Below, one piece after another: positions 12,692-24,699 of a stretch of 64,000 bases of DNA. Within the stretch, counting starts at the first letter, position 1. Each line of letters begins with the position of its first letter. The notes beneath the pieces were generated by a model that worked only from the letters and a program-made list of their open reading frames with translations, ran no database searches and was not told where the DNA came from. The DNA lies in NCBI GenBank assembly GCA_051313645.2, contig JBNRSN020000029.1:20646001-20710000 (forward strand), written 5' to 3'. A program made the position numbers and the translations under genes. The DNA is from Centroscyllium fabricii. Lineage: Eukaryota.

Positions 12692-13641
12692 TTAGTTTAA
12701 ACCCTCCCCAACCATGCTAGCAAACCTCCTCGCCAGGATATTGGTCCCCCTCTGGTTAAGGTGGAGACCGTCTTCCCCATACAAGTCCCACCTTTCCCAG
12801 AAACAGGGCCAGTTATCCAGGAAACTAAAGCCCTCCCTCCTGCACCAACTCTTGAGCCACGTATTAAGCTGCTTTCTCCTTCTATTCCTATACTCACTAA
12901 ATCGTGGCACAGGGAGTAATCCAGAGATTACAACCTTTGAGGTCCTGCACTTAAAATTTCTGCCTAGCTCCCTGAATTCTTGTTGCAGGACCTCATCCCT
13001 CTTTTTACCTGTGTCGTTGATTCCTATGTGTACAACGACCTCTGGCTGGTTTCCCTCCCTTTTCAGGATGTCCTGCAGCCATTCCGTGACATCCTTGACC
13101 CTGGCACCAGGGAGGCAACAGACCATCCTGGAGTCACGTCTACAGCCACAGAAACGCCTATCTGCTCCCCTTACGATAGAGTCCCCTACCACTATTGCTC
13201 TCTCATGCCTTTTCCCCCCCAGCTGAACAGCAGAAGCAACCCCAGTGCCCGGATTTTGGCCACTGCTGCTTTCCCCTGGTAGGTCGCCCCCCCAACAGTA
13301 TTCAAAATGGTATACTTGTTCGTGAGGGGGATGGCCACAGGGGTTTCCTGCTCTACCTGCCTGGCCTTACTGTTCTTTCTGATGGTCACCCATTTCCCTT
13401 CTGCCTGCACACCCTTAGCCTGCGGTGTGACCAGCTCACTGTATGAGTAATCCACGCTCCCCTCAGCATCGTGAATGCTCCATAACCCTTCCACCCTCAG
13501 TTCCAGTGCCGCAATGCGGTCAGTCAGTAACTGAAGGTGGACGCATTTCCCGCACACATGGTCACCAGGGACTCCAGTGGTGTCCCTAGCTTCCCACATG
13601 TGGCAGGAGGAGCAAAGCCCGGCACCGTGCTCCACTGACAT
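12692..13641 (-). pseudogene. CR1 ORF1 (zinc finger/leucine zipper + SGNH esterase), one frameshift
   Basis: CSSCHMW..HVCGKC (13192..13641); VGDSIV, HIGINDT, DGLHLN (12692..13192). Confidence 0.9.
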
Positions 13642-14084
13642 GACTCACCCCACTAATTACTTTTACAAAAAATTAACACCACCAAAAAACTAGATATATA
13701 CTAGGGTGCTAGTCTATCAGAAGTCCCCGTTATGCCACAGAGACTTCAGAAAAATAAATAAAAATAAATAAATCACTTACCCTGCTTGCCTTTATAGCCG
13801 CCGCCTCCTGTTGTCTCCTCCTAGTACCGTCCCGCTGCCTGCTCCTGAAAAGAAAGAGCCGCGAAAAACTCCTGCCCTGGTCCTGCTGCTGCCACCGACT
13901 GCTACCTCTGTCCAGGAGCCCCTTCCACTCGCGTTCAGTCTCTGAAAATAATCAATAAATCACCTACCTTTTTTTAAAATTCTCTCAACCCCTAAAGGTT
14001 AGAGGAGGTGGAAGGGTGGGAGAAACTAGTGTAGTGTCTCGGGTTTAGCAACTGCTCCACCTATATACGGGTTCCAATCGATTT

Positions 14085-14778
14085 GCCCCGCCCCCTGGCT
14101 TTGAAAAAAGCCCGCGCTGCCACTGTGCTCTGGGCCTCGCTCCTCGGCGACTTTTGTAGCCGCCTCCCCGCTGCTGTTGCCGCCGCCGCCGACTACGTGA
14201 CCTCTCCTAGGTCCGCTCCAGTCGCGCTGCCCCCCCTGGCTTTGAAAAAAGCCTGCGCTGCCGCTGTGCTCTGGGCCTCGCTCCTCGGCGACTTTTGTAG
14301 CCGCCTCCCCGCTACTGTTGCCTCCACCGCCAACTACGTGACCTCTCCTAGGTCCGCTCCAGTCGCGCTGCCCCCCTGGCTTTGAAAAAAGCCCGCGCTG
14401 CCGCTGTGCTCTGGGCCTCGCTCCTCGGCGACTTTTGTAGCCGCCTCCCCGCTGCTGTTGCCGCCGCCGCCGACTACGTGACCTCTCCTAGGTCCGCTCC
14501 AGTCGCGCTGCCCCCCTGGCTTTGAAAAAAGCCCGCGCTGCCGCTGTGCTCTGGGCCTCGCTCCTCGGAGAATTTTGTAGCCGCCTCCCCGCTGCTGTTG
14601 CCGCCGCCGACGACTACGTGACCTCTCCTAGGTCCGCTCCAGTCGCGCTGCCCCCCTGGCTTTGAAAAAAGCACGCGCTGCCGCTGTGCTCTGGGCCTCG
14701 CTCCTCGGCGACTTTTGTAGCCGCCTCCCTGCTGCTGTTGCCGCCGCCGACTACGTGACCTCTCCTAGGTCCGCTCCA
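14085..14778 (-). repeat. Five tandem CpG-rich ~140-bp monomers forming the CR1 5' end
   Basis: CTGGCTTTGAAAAAAG recurs at intervals of 141, 140, 140 and 140 bp; units nearly identical. Confidence 0.95.
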
Positions 14779-16799
14779 CCCACAGCCTGTCCTTCTATCT
14801 CACATGTACCAGGCTTTGGATTGTGGAGGCTTCTCTTAGCAGTGTCCAACATGTCTTGACATTCTCAACGATTTGAAATGGCTTCAGCTGTCTTTTATCA
14901 GTTTGGTTTCAGTTGTGGTATTTCGTTCTCATCAGTTGTTTGTTGGCTTTTGCAGCGACATCTACACTGACTGTCATTTTGTTTTAAATTCATAATGTCC
15001 CAGGTATTTAAATCCACAATGTCTTCCCTTCAGTCCTCTAAAATAACTCTACCAGATCAGCTGATTGACACACTATACATTCCTTGAGCATTGATTGTGC
15101 TTCGTTTTGGGTACACCTCAGCAAATTTCAAAACAACACTAGAATACATTGCTTACCTATTGAAGCCATTCTAATTAATCTAACCTTTGGGTGTTGTTCA
15201 CTAGTAAAATCTACCTACCACCATGCATTACTCCAAGGATAGTTGCCCTGTTTATCTTTTCAGTATAGCGCTGTTTCATTGCATGTCATTCTTTCTACAT
15301 TTAGGGTTTTAAACTAAAAAAGCGATCCAAGAAAATGGTTTTCTCCATGCGGACCCAGCCATAATCTCCTCTGCACCCTATTAAACCTATGTGGCTCTAT
15401 CGAAGGGTCTTATCTTGTTCTTAATACATACCTATTTCGTGCCATTTGCTCCTCTAGTCTCAATTTTATTAGACCAATGTTAAACATAATGATACAGACA
15501 GGAAAGCCATATTAGTTTACACAGAAAATTACTGTGTACCATATTACTAATAAATAATAGGCTTAGAAAATTCCCCAGCTGTCATGTTTTCCTTAACCAT
15601 TTTATGGAAAACGTTTGCTAAGTTTTTTTTATCACACTAGCATTATGTTTCCCAATGTCATTTTTAAATCAAAGAAACGTAATCCTGTATTTTGTATCAA
15701 AAATCTTTTATCCCTTTTTACCTTAATTTTAATTACTCCAAAATGTTCCAGCGTGTTTAGCCATAACCTGACTATTGTGTTAAATACAAGTCGGTTTATC
15801 TATGCATCATATGTCAGAACCTTGATAAAAATATTTAATCACTCTGTGCAGCAATATTAACAATTATAGATCATGAGGTTGTCAAGTGTTGTGCACAATT
15901 GAGACCTGACCTTCAGTGCATTACCATGATGCATTTGCACATGCTAGTTGCCAACATACAGCACATCACATGTTCATACAGACACCGTTATCCCATTATC
16001 ATTCCATATGTGACATCGCATACAAGCCAATCCTGGTATTTCATTTTTTCTTACCGAAATGTTTGGATGTCTTTGCTCAACTCTCCTTTCATTGTTGCAA
16101 TGTGCGGGGCAGAGAAAGGCAATCAAATGCAGTTTTTATATGTTTCAGTATAGGCAAGTGCACGAAATCGCCAAAAGACAACTATCAATATCTGCTACTT
16201 CAAAAAAAAGCACAGGATCGATTGGCTGAGTGGCTTTATTCAATGGTGTAGTTTATATGTACCTATCAATTAATTATTCTTAACTACGCATTTCTGACTT
16301 GCATTGCATTGCGCATTGATACCAGATAGATACATTTTGGTGAACTGTGCCTAAGTGTGTTAGGTTACTCATGTGTGCGTGCGCATAACTTTCCCAAACA
16401 CTTTGGATTTATTCAAATTCACCCATTAGCACCGCAGAAAATAAGTTCGAAAAATTAGTTTGGGGTTGTAATTTTTCTGCATCTATCTTATATCCTCAAA
16501 AACTTCATCTCATACAATTTTGCACACTCTTTGTTATTACTAATTCATCTCATTTCTGAGCCCTGGGGGGTAATTGACTTGCAGTAAACTCCTTTGAACT
16601 TTGGCCAATATCTCATTACATTTATTCTTTATCTTAATTAAAGTCTTGTGCGACTATTTTACCTTCCAAATATCGTATTACATTCCCACGTCGCAAAGTC
16701 ATATATTTTTCATCTCAAAGACGTCTAATGGCCTCAGTGGTCTTTAATCCCTGTATTTGAGTTGTAGCATTTATTTCTTATCAGTGGTTTATTTGGCGT

Positions 16800-16960
16800 T
16801 TACTGCATTTCTGCACAAACTGTCATTGGTTTGTAGGTTCACCATGGCCCAGCAACTTAAATGGACAGTGTCCCAGGGATGTTGATGCAATTGCTTCGAA
16901 AAGCGGGTACTTTTATAGGTCGGTTTCCGAACAAGTAGGAAACCCATCGGGGCTGAGACT
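16800..16960 (-). pseudogene. Possible foamy-like integrase C-terminal tip overlapping the env start
   Basis: PMGFLLVRK..DTVHL..LLGH loosely resembles PFV PVVGQLVQER..RTVVILDHLG; position matches the foamy pol/env overlap. Confidence 0.35.
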
Positions 16961-17049
16961 GCATCCGTCCAGGTTAGCTTTCAGCACTGAACATCAAAGA
17001 TAAATTGAAACGGGCCATTCGAGACCCTGAGAGGGACTATCTGTAAGCA

Positions 17050-17780
17050 ACGTCACGTGACTTCATCTGACTTATACAATTTTGAGGCCACTATGATGTG
17101 ATCATTGTGTCTCATTGGATACTGCATCAGTAGCTGGAAATATTGCACCACATAATCTTCATTCTTATGTAAATATGGAGGGCCTAATTTCCTATCAATA
17201 AAAGGCAACATTGCATGATTGCAAACAGCCATCCTTTTTGCAGGATATCACCAATCTAAGCGAGTCATGCTATGTCCAAACTAGGCCATATTTCTTTCCA
17301 CAATTCGCCATTGTTCTTCATTTTCCCCCAAACTGGCACATATTGCTTCCGTAGCTTTTTGAATCCAAACATCTCAAATCAAAGTTATATTATGTTCTAT
17401 CACACAGAATAAAGCTGACAAAATGCACAGTCCTGAGTTGTCTATTGTTAACACCTGTTTCAATATTACATGCAGGATGATTTGACCCTGCTGTCGATAC
17501 AGCCCAATTTTGCACAGGCCTTCCCCTATTTACTCTTTTGCTACAGCCCACTGCGCTAATTATCCCGTGCTGTCCATTACTTATGGAAAGCTGTTAACCT
17601 ATCTTGTTTGGTTTTATGTTTTGGCAGCAATGTGGGATGGTTCTGTCATTCAGCAGAAAGCGGTCGGTGTCCGAAAGTTTGACACAAATGCTGTGGGACA
17701 GCTTGAGTTTGGCAGCATTAAACTAAAATGTCTGGATGATGAGCCTACGTCAGCCTTACTATATATTAACGTTATACGGG
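17050..17780 (-). pseudogene. Foamy-virus-like gag relic upstream of env A
   Basis: RFLLND (RLILQDD), TG*LAQWAVA..EGLCKIG (SGPLAELQLA..EGPLRFG), VWIQKATEAI (IWLGRNAPAI), LA*IGDILQ (MHQLGNVIK). Confidence 0.6.
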
Positions 17781-18695
17781 ATCTCTGTCAACAGTTGGTA
17801 TGAATATTTGATTTCGATTTTTGGACGTGTGTCCCTGTGTCTGTTTCTCATCCTGTCTCTGTATTTTCTCCCTCCCCCTGCTGTAACGAAGATAACCATT
17901 CTAATGTAATTATCAAAACACAACACAGGTGAATGATAATCAAAACTGTCAATTAGTCATTCCGTTGTGTTTTTATATGAAATAAATTAAAAAGAAACAA
18001 CCAAACAAAATCTAGGCTAAATTTTCAACTTGATCACTAGGTCTTCACGTGACACCTGAGTGGATCGCGGACAGAAAAAGCTTACATGTAGAACCACACA
18101 CATTCTTTTCAAAGAGAGGAACATCAGACGGGTTCAGCAATTTTTATCAATTGCAATTTCATTGAAAGCTTTAGTTTGGAAACTACAAAGATCATGCACT
18201 CTGAAAGCATTTTTATTAATATAAGGGGGAAGGACAGATAGCTAAACTGTACTGTCTGGTTGAACAAGCAAGGCATTTGATGCGAAATTGGTCTCCCGCA
18301 ACAGCATGTAAAGTCTCATAGATCAGATAATCAACTTGGGCTGTAGCGCTAAACAGGCTTTATCATATCAGCTGCCTGTTACACATTCTTCCCGATATTC
18401 AAGCGGGCCATTTAATAGGGAGCAGATGTGAAACAATCCATAAAGTGCAAGTGACCGTGTCAAAGACTTATCCCATAACGAATTCGCAACTTGTTTACAC
18501 CATGTCCAATTTGCATTGTGTTTGAAGTAAATGGCAATGGAAAACGGGCTGTAGGGATACAGATGTTCAAGTGATTATTGAACCTCCACAAAGTAACCTT
18601 ACATATTACAACATTTTACACAGCATTAAAATAGTTTACCGACCATAAAGAAAGCTTAAAGCAAGAAACACACACGTTAAACCAAGAATTCAACG

Positions 18696-19800
18696 TCATG
18701 TCGGCAGACTGATCAGCCCTTGACTGGAACTTGGCTCTTCTTCTGGTTGACGTCTTCCTCTAGGCTGAGCGTCCGTAGACTCTCGCGGACTGCAGTGCAG
18801 GACTTGCCACGATGTCTCATTTTAATGTTGTTTCTGCCGGTTGAGTCGAAAATAACAATTATTGGAAAATCAATGTTCTCCAATCATCCACCGTTGCTAG
18901 TCATTAATGGTTAACGGTTGACTGTTTGGTGTGTGTCACTGAACGGCATTAGCTGTTAACCCATGTGAAACCCAACACCCACAGCCAGGCCGTCTACCTT
19001 ACATGTTCCAGATTATGGCTAGCGTCAGCCTCACTTGTCAGATTCCAAACTCGGTCGAAGCCTCATTTCACACAGATGCCCTGTCCTTCCCAACGATTTA
19101 TAATGACATCGACAGTCTTATCCCAAGAATTGTAATACATTTGCCAACTTCATTCTGATCAGTTGATTTGGGGCTTTTGCAGCGAATATCTGTACAAACT
19201 CTGTTTTCATTTTAAATGCACAATGACCGATGATTTTTGCCGGACACTTCAGTTGCCCCTCGACTGTCTCTGACAGATGTTATGATAGTTTCACCTTATA
19301 TGCATTGACCATTAATTTTCCTTGTAGTTATTTTAGTAGCATAAGACAATTATCATAATAAATGTTCGAATTGATTGCGTACATGTTGAAGACAGTCTCA
19401 TTATTCTAACCTATTGGTGTTGTCCAATGTTGTAAACTGTGTCTAACCATTCATAGTCTCATAACTTTTGTAACTTTTAATCAATAAAATAATTACCTAT
19501 TTTACTGTTAACTATGTGGTAAACTGAGATTCGTGATTGTGCCATATTCCTCCACTGTCATAGAAGGGTAATCCATACTGGCACAATCACGCATCTCAGT
19601 TTACAACATAGTTAACATTAAAGGGAACGAAGATACTTGCGATATTATTTACCTTTGCTTGTAGTTTAAGACAGGCGATGTCGGCTCGGAACAAACACAT
19701 AATAATTTTTCAGAACCGGGATTAAAGCAAATAGACAAACATATCTGTTACCCTTCCTGATTGAACCTCAAAACTGGTTTCCTTACCATTCTCTCAAACT
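18696..19800 (-). pseudogene. Foamy-like env relic B, paralog of relic A
   Basis: Nucleotide similarity to 9391-9640 and 14779-15600; shared frames GTCKVDGLAVG/GTCEIEGQAVG, QHQ*VRIMRLSS/QHPKVRLIRMAS, ISLPT. Confidence 0.75.
19506..19617. repeat. Inverted repeat, 39-bp arms, 34-nt spacer
   Basis: 19506-19544 vs reverse complement of 19579-19617: 2 mismatches. Confidence 0.9.
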
Positions 19801-19829
19801 CCACTCCCGTCAGTAACACGTGCAGTTAT

Positions 19830-20940
19830 CTGCTGATACAGCCATTTGTTCCCTTCAAAGGATTAATGTTGTAAATGAGCCCCAGGGCGTATGATTCTTG
19901 CAGTGAAAATGCCCTGCCTGACCGGTTATTTTGTTCCCAAATTGAGAATTGACAACAATTATTCACAATGTATATAAAGGATTTAGTCTTTGCAATCAGA
20001 AGCACAATTTCTAAATTCGTGGTGGACACCACATTGGGGGAGAGGATAGCCAATACTGAGGCGAACAGCAACAAATTCAAAGAAGTCATTAATCAACTTG
20101 CAGAATTGTCATACAATACGCAAATTATTTTTAACGTAGGTAACTGTAAGGTATCGCATTTGGTAAGAATCATTATCTGCATCTTACTTGGAAAATAACA
20201 ATCTAATTGTTGTAGTGGAGAAAATGGATCAGGAATTATTAAAAAAAACACATCACTAAGATGTGCGACACAGGTCACTAAACCATTGGAAAAGCTAAAG
20301 AAGCAGTACGGTTTATTTCTAGGGGGAAACAGTTGAATACGTAGGGAAAGTGTGCTAAGCTTTGTGATGAACCTTCATTAGTCAACTCTTTGAGTTCTGT
20401 GTACAGTTTTTGTCACCTTATAATGAAAAAGGAAATAGAGGGACTGGAGAAGGTGCAAAAAATTGTAAGGGTAATAGCAGGACTGTGACGTTATACATAT
20501 CTGGAAAGGGTGAACAGGCTCTTGAAAAAAGAAACCTGTGTGGAGACATAATAGTGGCCTTTGACATAATAAAAGGTTTTATTAGAGAAGAAACGTAGAG
20601 GAGGAGAGGGTGTTTCCACTTGTGGGGAAGAACACAACAACAGGCCGTCATCCTAAGATAGTAACTAAGAAATCAAATAGGAAATTCAGAAGAAAATCCT
20701 TTAACCAAAGAGGGGTGATAATAAGGAACTGGCTGTCACGGGGAGTAGTTGAGGCGAATAGTATAGTTACATTTCAGGGAAAGCGAGATATGCATAAGAG
20801 GGAGAAAGGAAAATAGGTTTATGCGGATAGATTTGGATGAAGACAGATCAGAGGAGGCTCGAGTGAAGCATTAATGCAGGCATTTACTTGTCGGATCGAA
20901 TAGCTTATTTCACTGCTGTGTGTTGTAAGTAATGCTATGT
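19830..20940 (+). mobile_element. Old degenerate CR1 3' fragment
   Basis: ISKFVVDTTLG, CKVSH, MFPLVG..TTGRH..FNQRGV. Confidence 0.8.
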
Positions 20941-21039
20941 AAACCCACAAATCAGATTTCGAATCAGCATTAAAAACAATGCAAACCTTAGATTACTGCT
21001 ACAGTGGAAATCAATGCAGCTACAGAAGTTACCTTGAAA

Positions 21040-22420
21040 TCAATAAAATGGGGGCCAACTGTCCCACAGTTTGGGAGGCAATGTTAAACGTATTGGCTGC
21101 TTCCAATAAAAGTGGGCTTAATTGATAAACAATTAGAGCGCTTAATACCGCCAACTACATTGGTTCTCAGTCCATATGTATTCGATTTACAACTATGCCG
21201 TTCTCTACACTAAGTATAATGTTTCCCTTAATTTATTTCCAAACGAAGGCACAAGGATAGGAAAGAATCCCCATTAGATGTGCTGTTTATTTTTGCTCAG
21301 ACGGACAGATCTGCACAGTTAACGCCATCACTGGCATGGCAACAATGGGATTTTCATAATGATGCAGTTTGCTCAATCCATGAATAAGTCAGATACCCTT
21401 CCTATTTCAAACCATGCACCTTAAAACGCAAAGATTCTCATTTTGTTACAGAATCTTAGAAACAATGTCCCATCAAACTTCCCAACATGTTCACGTTTTC
21501 GAGGGTACGAATATGAATTCGGAAAGGGAAGCAGAGCGGATTTCCCAAAATAATCGAAGGGAGAAGAGACGGAATGTAATGCCTGAAATCGCCACCCTGA
21601 ATGGGATCAGCCACAACAGATTGCAACTTTTTGGATTAAATTTGGAGAGGCCTATGGCAAGTTTATGCAAATAGCATTCAAGTAGCATAAAGCGCACAAT
21701 CTACCTGTCATATACAAAAGTGGCACCTTTTTCCGCAATTTAAACCTAATTCCCAATCCCAACATCTGCTGCAGTGAGAATGGTATTCACGTTTGTAAAC
21801 TATCTGAATGTACATCTACATTTTAATATATGTCAGACCAAAATTGATAAATGACAAAATGGTGGAACATTCAAAAAGATGATGGGTATTAATGAATGTG
21901 CCATATTTCAAAAATCACTCGGCTTCGTGGTGTCTACTTGCCATTGACCAGCTCCCAATTCTGCTTACACAGTAGGCTTGAAGTTTCGTTTTTGCCCTCA
22001 GACTCCTTAGAATTTGACGGCCATGAACTTCCAATCGCACTTCCAAACCGCTACTGAGATGCTTATGAACATTGATCTTTCTCACACCCGGTATATATCA
22101 GACACGGCCCTGTCTCCTTCCACTCCTACCAACGCCTGCTGGTGCTGAAAAACAACAACCTAGTATTTCACGGGGCTGCTCAGCTGTATACAACTGACTA
22201 TATCACTGTGTGTGTGTGTCTGTGAACTCGTTTCCATCTAACGTGCACCAGGGATATTTTAGGAGAGCAGAGTTCAAACTAATTCATTTTATATTATGAT
22301 CAATTTTATATCGTTGACATTTTGTGAATACGGAATGTCCTGCTTCCTGCTCAGTAGGAATAAATATGGCTCGCCTCTTAATCTGTTTGTACAAATGAAT
22401 TTGTTGATGCCAATTGTGCA
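21040..22420 (+). pseudogene. Foamy-like env relic C (SU C-terminus and TM)
   Basis: MYSIY (VYSLY), LNLFPN..IG..P (VNEMPN..VG..P), MATMGFS (LRSMGYA), TMSHQTSQHVHVFEG (TLMEATLHDISVMEG), KLSECT (HLEDCT), NIC..KI, NECAIF (SDCPVW), E*IWLAS (KDVWPAA). Confidence 0.7.
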
Positions 22421-22539
22421 ATTCAGTATTATCACTTGAGCTTTCACTCAGGTCTGCAAAGGACCTAATTTTGAAATCAGCGTTCCCCTAACAGTAACAG
22501 TCCGCACCGCTCCCTCTGAAAATAGGGCAACTGGTAGTA

Positions 22540-24050
22540 ATCCCTGGCCCTGGAGATAGTAGATGCTTTAAGGATAATTTTCTGGAACTCGATAGACTCG
22601 GGAACAGTACCCATGGATTGAACGGTAGCTAATGTTACCCCATTATATAAAAAGGGGGGTAGAGAAAAAGCAGGGAATTATTGACCAGTAGCCTTACATC
22701 AGTATTGGGCAAAATGCTAGAGTCCATTATTAAGGATGTAATAGCGGAGCACTTGACAAATAGGGACGGGATCGGACAGAGTCAACATGGATTTACAAAA
22801 GGTAAATCGTGCTTGACTAATCTATTGGAATTCTTTGAGGAAGTAACTGGTAAAATAGATGGGAGAGAGCCAGTAGATGTGGTGTACCTTGACTTCCAGT
22901 AAGCCTTCGATAAGGTCCCACATAAAAGAATAGCATGCAAAATTAAGGCTCATGGGATTGGGGGCAAAGTATTGACGTGGATAGACAACTGGCTGGCAGA
23001 TAGAAAACAGAGAGTTGGAATAAACGGCTCGTTTTCTGACCAGCAGGTGGTGACTAGTGGGGTGCCGCATGGATCTGTCCTGGGACTCCAGCTGTTCACA
23101 ATATTTATTAATCATCTGGACCTGGGAATTGGATGCAACATCTCAAAATTTGCAGACGGCACTAAACTAGGAGGGGGGGGTGGGCTATGAAGAGGATGTC
23201 AGGAAGCTCCAGTGCGATTTGGACAAGTTGTGGAAATGGGCAGATACATGAAAAATGCACTATAATGTGGGTATATGTGAGGGTATCCACCTTGGGGGCA
23301 AAAATAGGAGGGCAGATTATTATTTAAATGGCAATAGATTGGGAGATGGGGAAGTGCAGAAAGACCTGGGTGTTCTTGTGCACCAGTCACTGAGGGCGAG
23401 CATGCAGGTGCAACAGGCGTTTAAGAAGGGAAATGTTATGTTGGCATTTATATCAAGAGGGTTCGAGCATAGGAATAAGGATACCTTACTACAGCTGTAC
23501 CATGCACTCGTGAGACCACACCTTGATTATTGTGTACAGTTTTGGTCACCTCATCTGAGCAAGGATGTTCTTGCCATGGAAGGAGTGCAGCGGCGATTCA
23601 CTAGGAATCAATGGCAGGAATGACCTACGAGGAGAGATTGTGTAGTTTGGCCTTGTACTCGCTGGAGATTAGAAGATTGAGAGGGGATCTCATCGAAACA
23701 TAAAATTCTGACAGGCCTGGACAGGTTAGAATCAGAAAGAATGTTTCCAATGGCGGTGTAGTCCAGAACCACGGGCCACAGTCTAAGGATAAGGGGTAAA
23801 CCATTTATGACAGATATGAGGAAGAATTTATTCACCCAGAGAGTGGTGAGCCTGTGGAATTCCTTGCCACAGATGACAGTGGAGGCCAGTTCACTAAATA
23901 TATTTAAGAGGGAATTGGATATATTTCTTCAGGATAAAGGCATTAAGGTTTACGGAGAGATGGCGGGGACGAGGTACTGAACTTGAAAGATCAGGCATGA
24001 TCTCATTGAATGGCGGAGCAGTCTCGAAGGGCCAAATGACCTATTTTCTA
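22540..24050 (+). mobile_element. CR1 3' fragment, same family as 9641-14778
   Basis: RT fragments 22681..22902, 22972..23190 and 23255..23623 nearly identical to ORF2 of the full-length copy. Confidence 0.95.
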
Positions 24051-24109
24051 ATCATACAGATAGAAAGCAATTCTTGCAAACGTTGCTGTTTATAGTAAGC
24101 AGCTGAAAC

Positions 24110-24560
24110 ACAGCTAATATTCACCATTAACTTTATACTAATGTCTCACTGCTCCTGCTGGCGTTGTAATACAATGATCTCTTTGCTTTGTGCTGGTTAA
24201 CCTGCAGACGGTAATTACCACCAGCAAATAAATAACCACAAGAAAACTAAAAAAATCCTACATTATCCTCATGTAATAACCGGACGGGCAGCACAAATTG
24301 CTCTAAAGTTTTATGTTAACAGTTTCTGGGGATTTGGTGTAATTTGTGGATAGTCTTGCACATATCTTTCTGACCTAAATATTAGCATCGCAGCTTGTTT
24401 CTTGTTGCTTAATATTATTGAAGAGTAGAAAATATCCATCAGGATAAGTTGCTGAGATCTGCCGTCACAGATCAGCTGAACGGCCCAGTTACGGCCACCG
24501 ATCGGAAGAACCTACAGCTTTTGGAATTATACTCCACAAATTATCCCTCGAGGTAAAATC
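24110..24560 (+). pseudogene. Possible foamy-like env relic D (SU/TM junction)
   Basis: YPHVIT (YPNVT), LSDLN..FLLLN (ISDIN..YLLRD), FWNYT (DWTYM); weak. Confidence 0.4.
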
Positions 24561-24699
24561 TGTGCTACCTCTCCTTTCTTTGGCGTTAGTAAGAAAAGGC
24601 ACCAATGATATAAATCACTGAAAGACTTTACTTAAGTTGAGGGCAGAACTTTTTTTAATTGTTTTGTTTTTTGTTTTTAATACAGATCACAGCATGTAC

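Larger units (their letters stand above)
9641..14778 (-). mobile_element. Near full-length, young CR1 LINE (tandem-monomer 5' UTR, ORF1, ORF2, ATTCTATG tail)
   Basis: ORF1 and ORF2 in the expected order; tail repeats at ~9641-9662; 5' monomer array. Confidence 0.95.
7240..16845 (-). pseudogene. Foamy-virus-like env relic A spanning leader to cytoplasmic tail, split by CR1 (9641-14778), MITE+SINE (8251-9387) and solo LTR (7477-7980)
   Basis: Ordered minus-strand motifs vs recalled PFV Env: PMT (16829), TLRRGNVIRYL (PTRRDKFRYL), KVQRSL 16602-16585 (RIARSL), LIAFLCP (LIADQCP), HVMCC (HVLFC), CIDKP (CSKP), YPW..DF, EAQSMLKEC (EVYSLYQEC), IDWT ~9570, CFSLD ~8180 (CFGLD), LLVYTVQKLMAWI ~7296-7258 (LLVILIFKIVSWI); stop at 7242-7240. 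Confidence 0.8.

Noticed and set aside
14085-14778. CRISPR-like array or repeat protein ORFs
   Set aside because: Head-to-tail identical units without unique spacers in a eukaryotic LINE 5' UTR; the ORFs are by-products of GC-rich repeats
15050-15250. HELB-like N-terminal motif (GNYPWSNAWW..MLKEC) on the minus strand
   Set aside because: No helicase motifs or exon structure; many flanking motifs fit foamy Env collinearly instead
17220-17340. NGELWKEIWP read as RNase H, integrase or Env TM (KDVWP)
   Set aside because: Neighbouring motifs on both sides fit Gag in order; the alternatives are not fully excluded without a profile search
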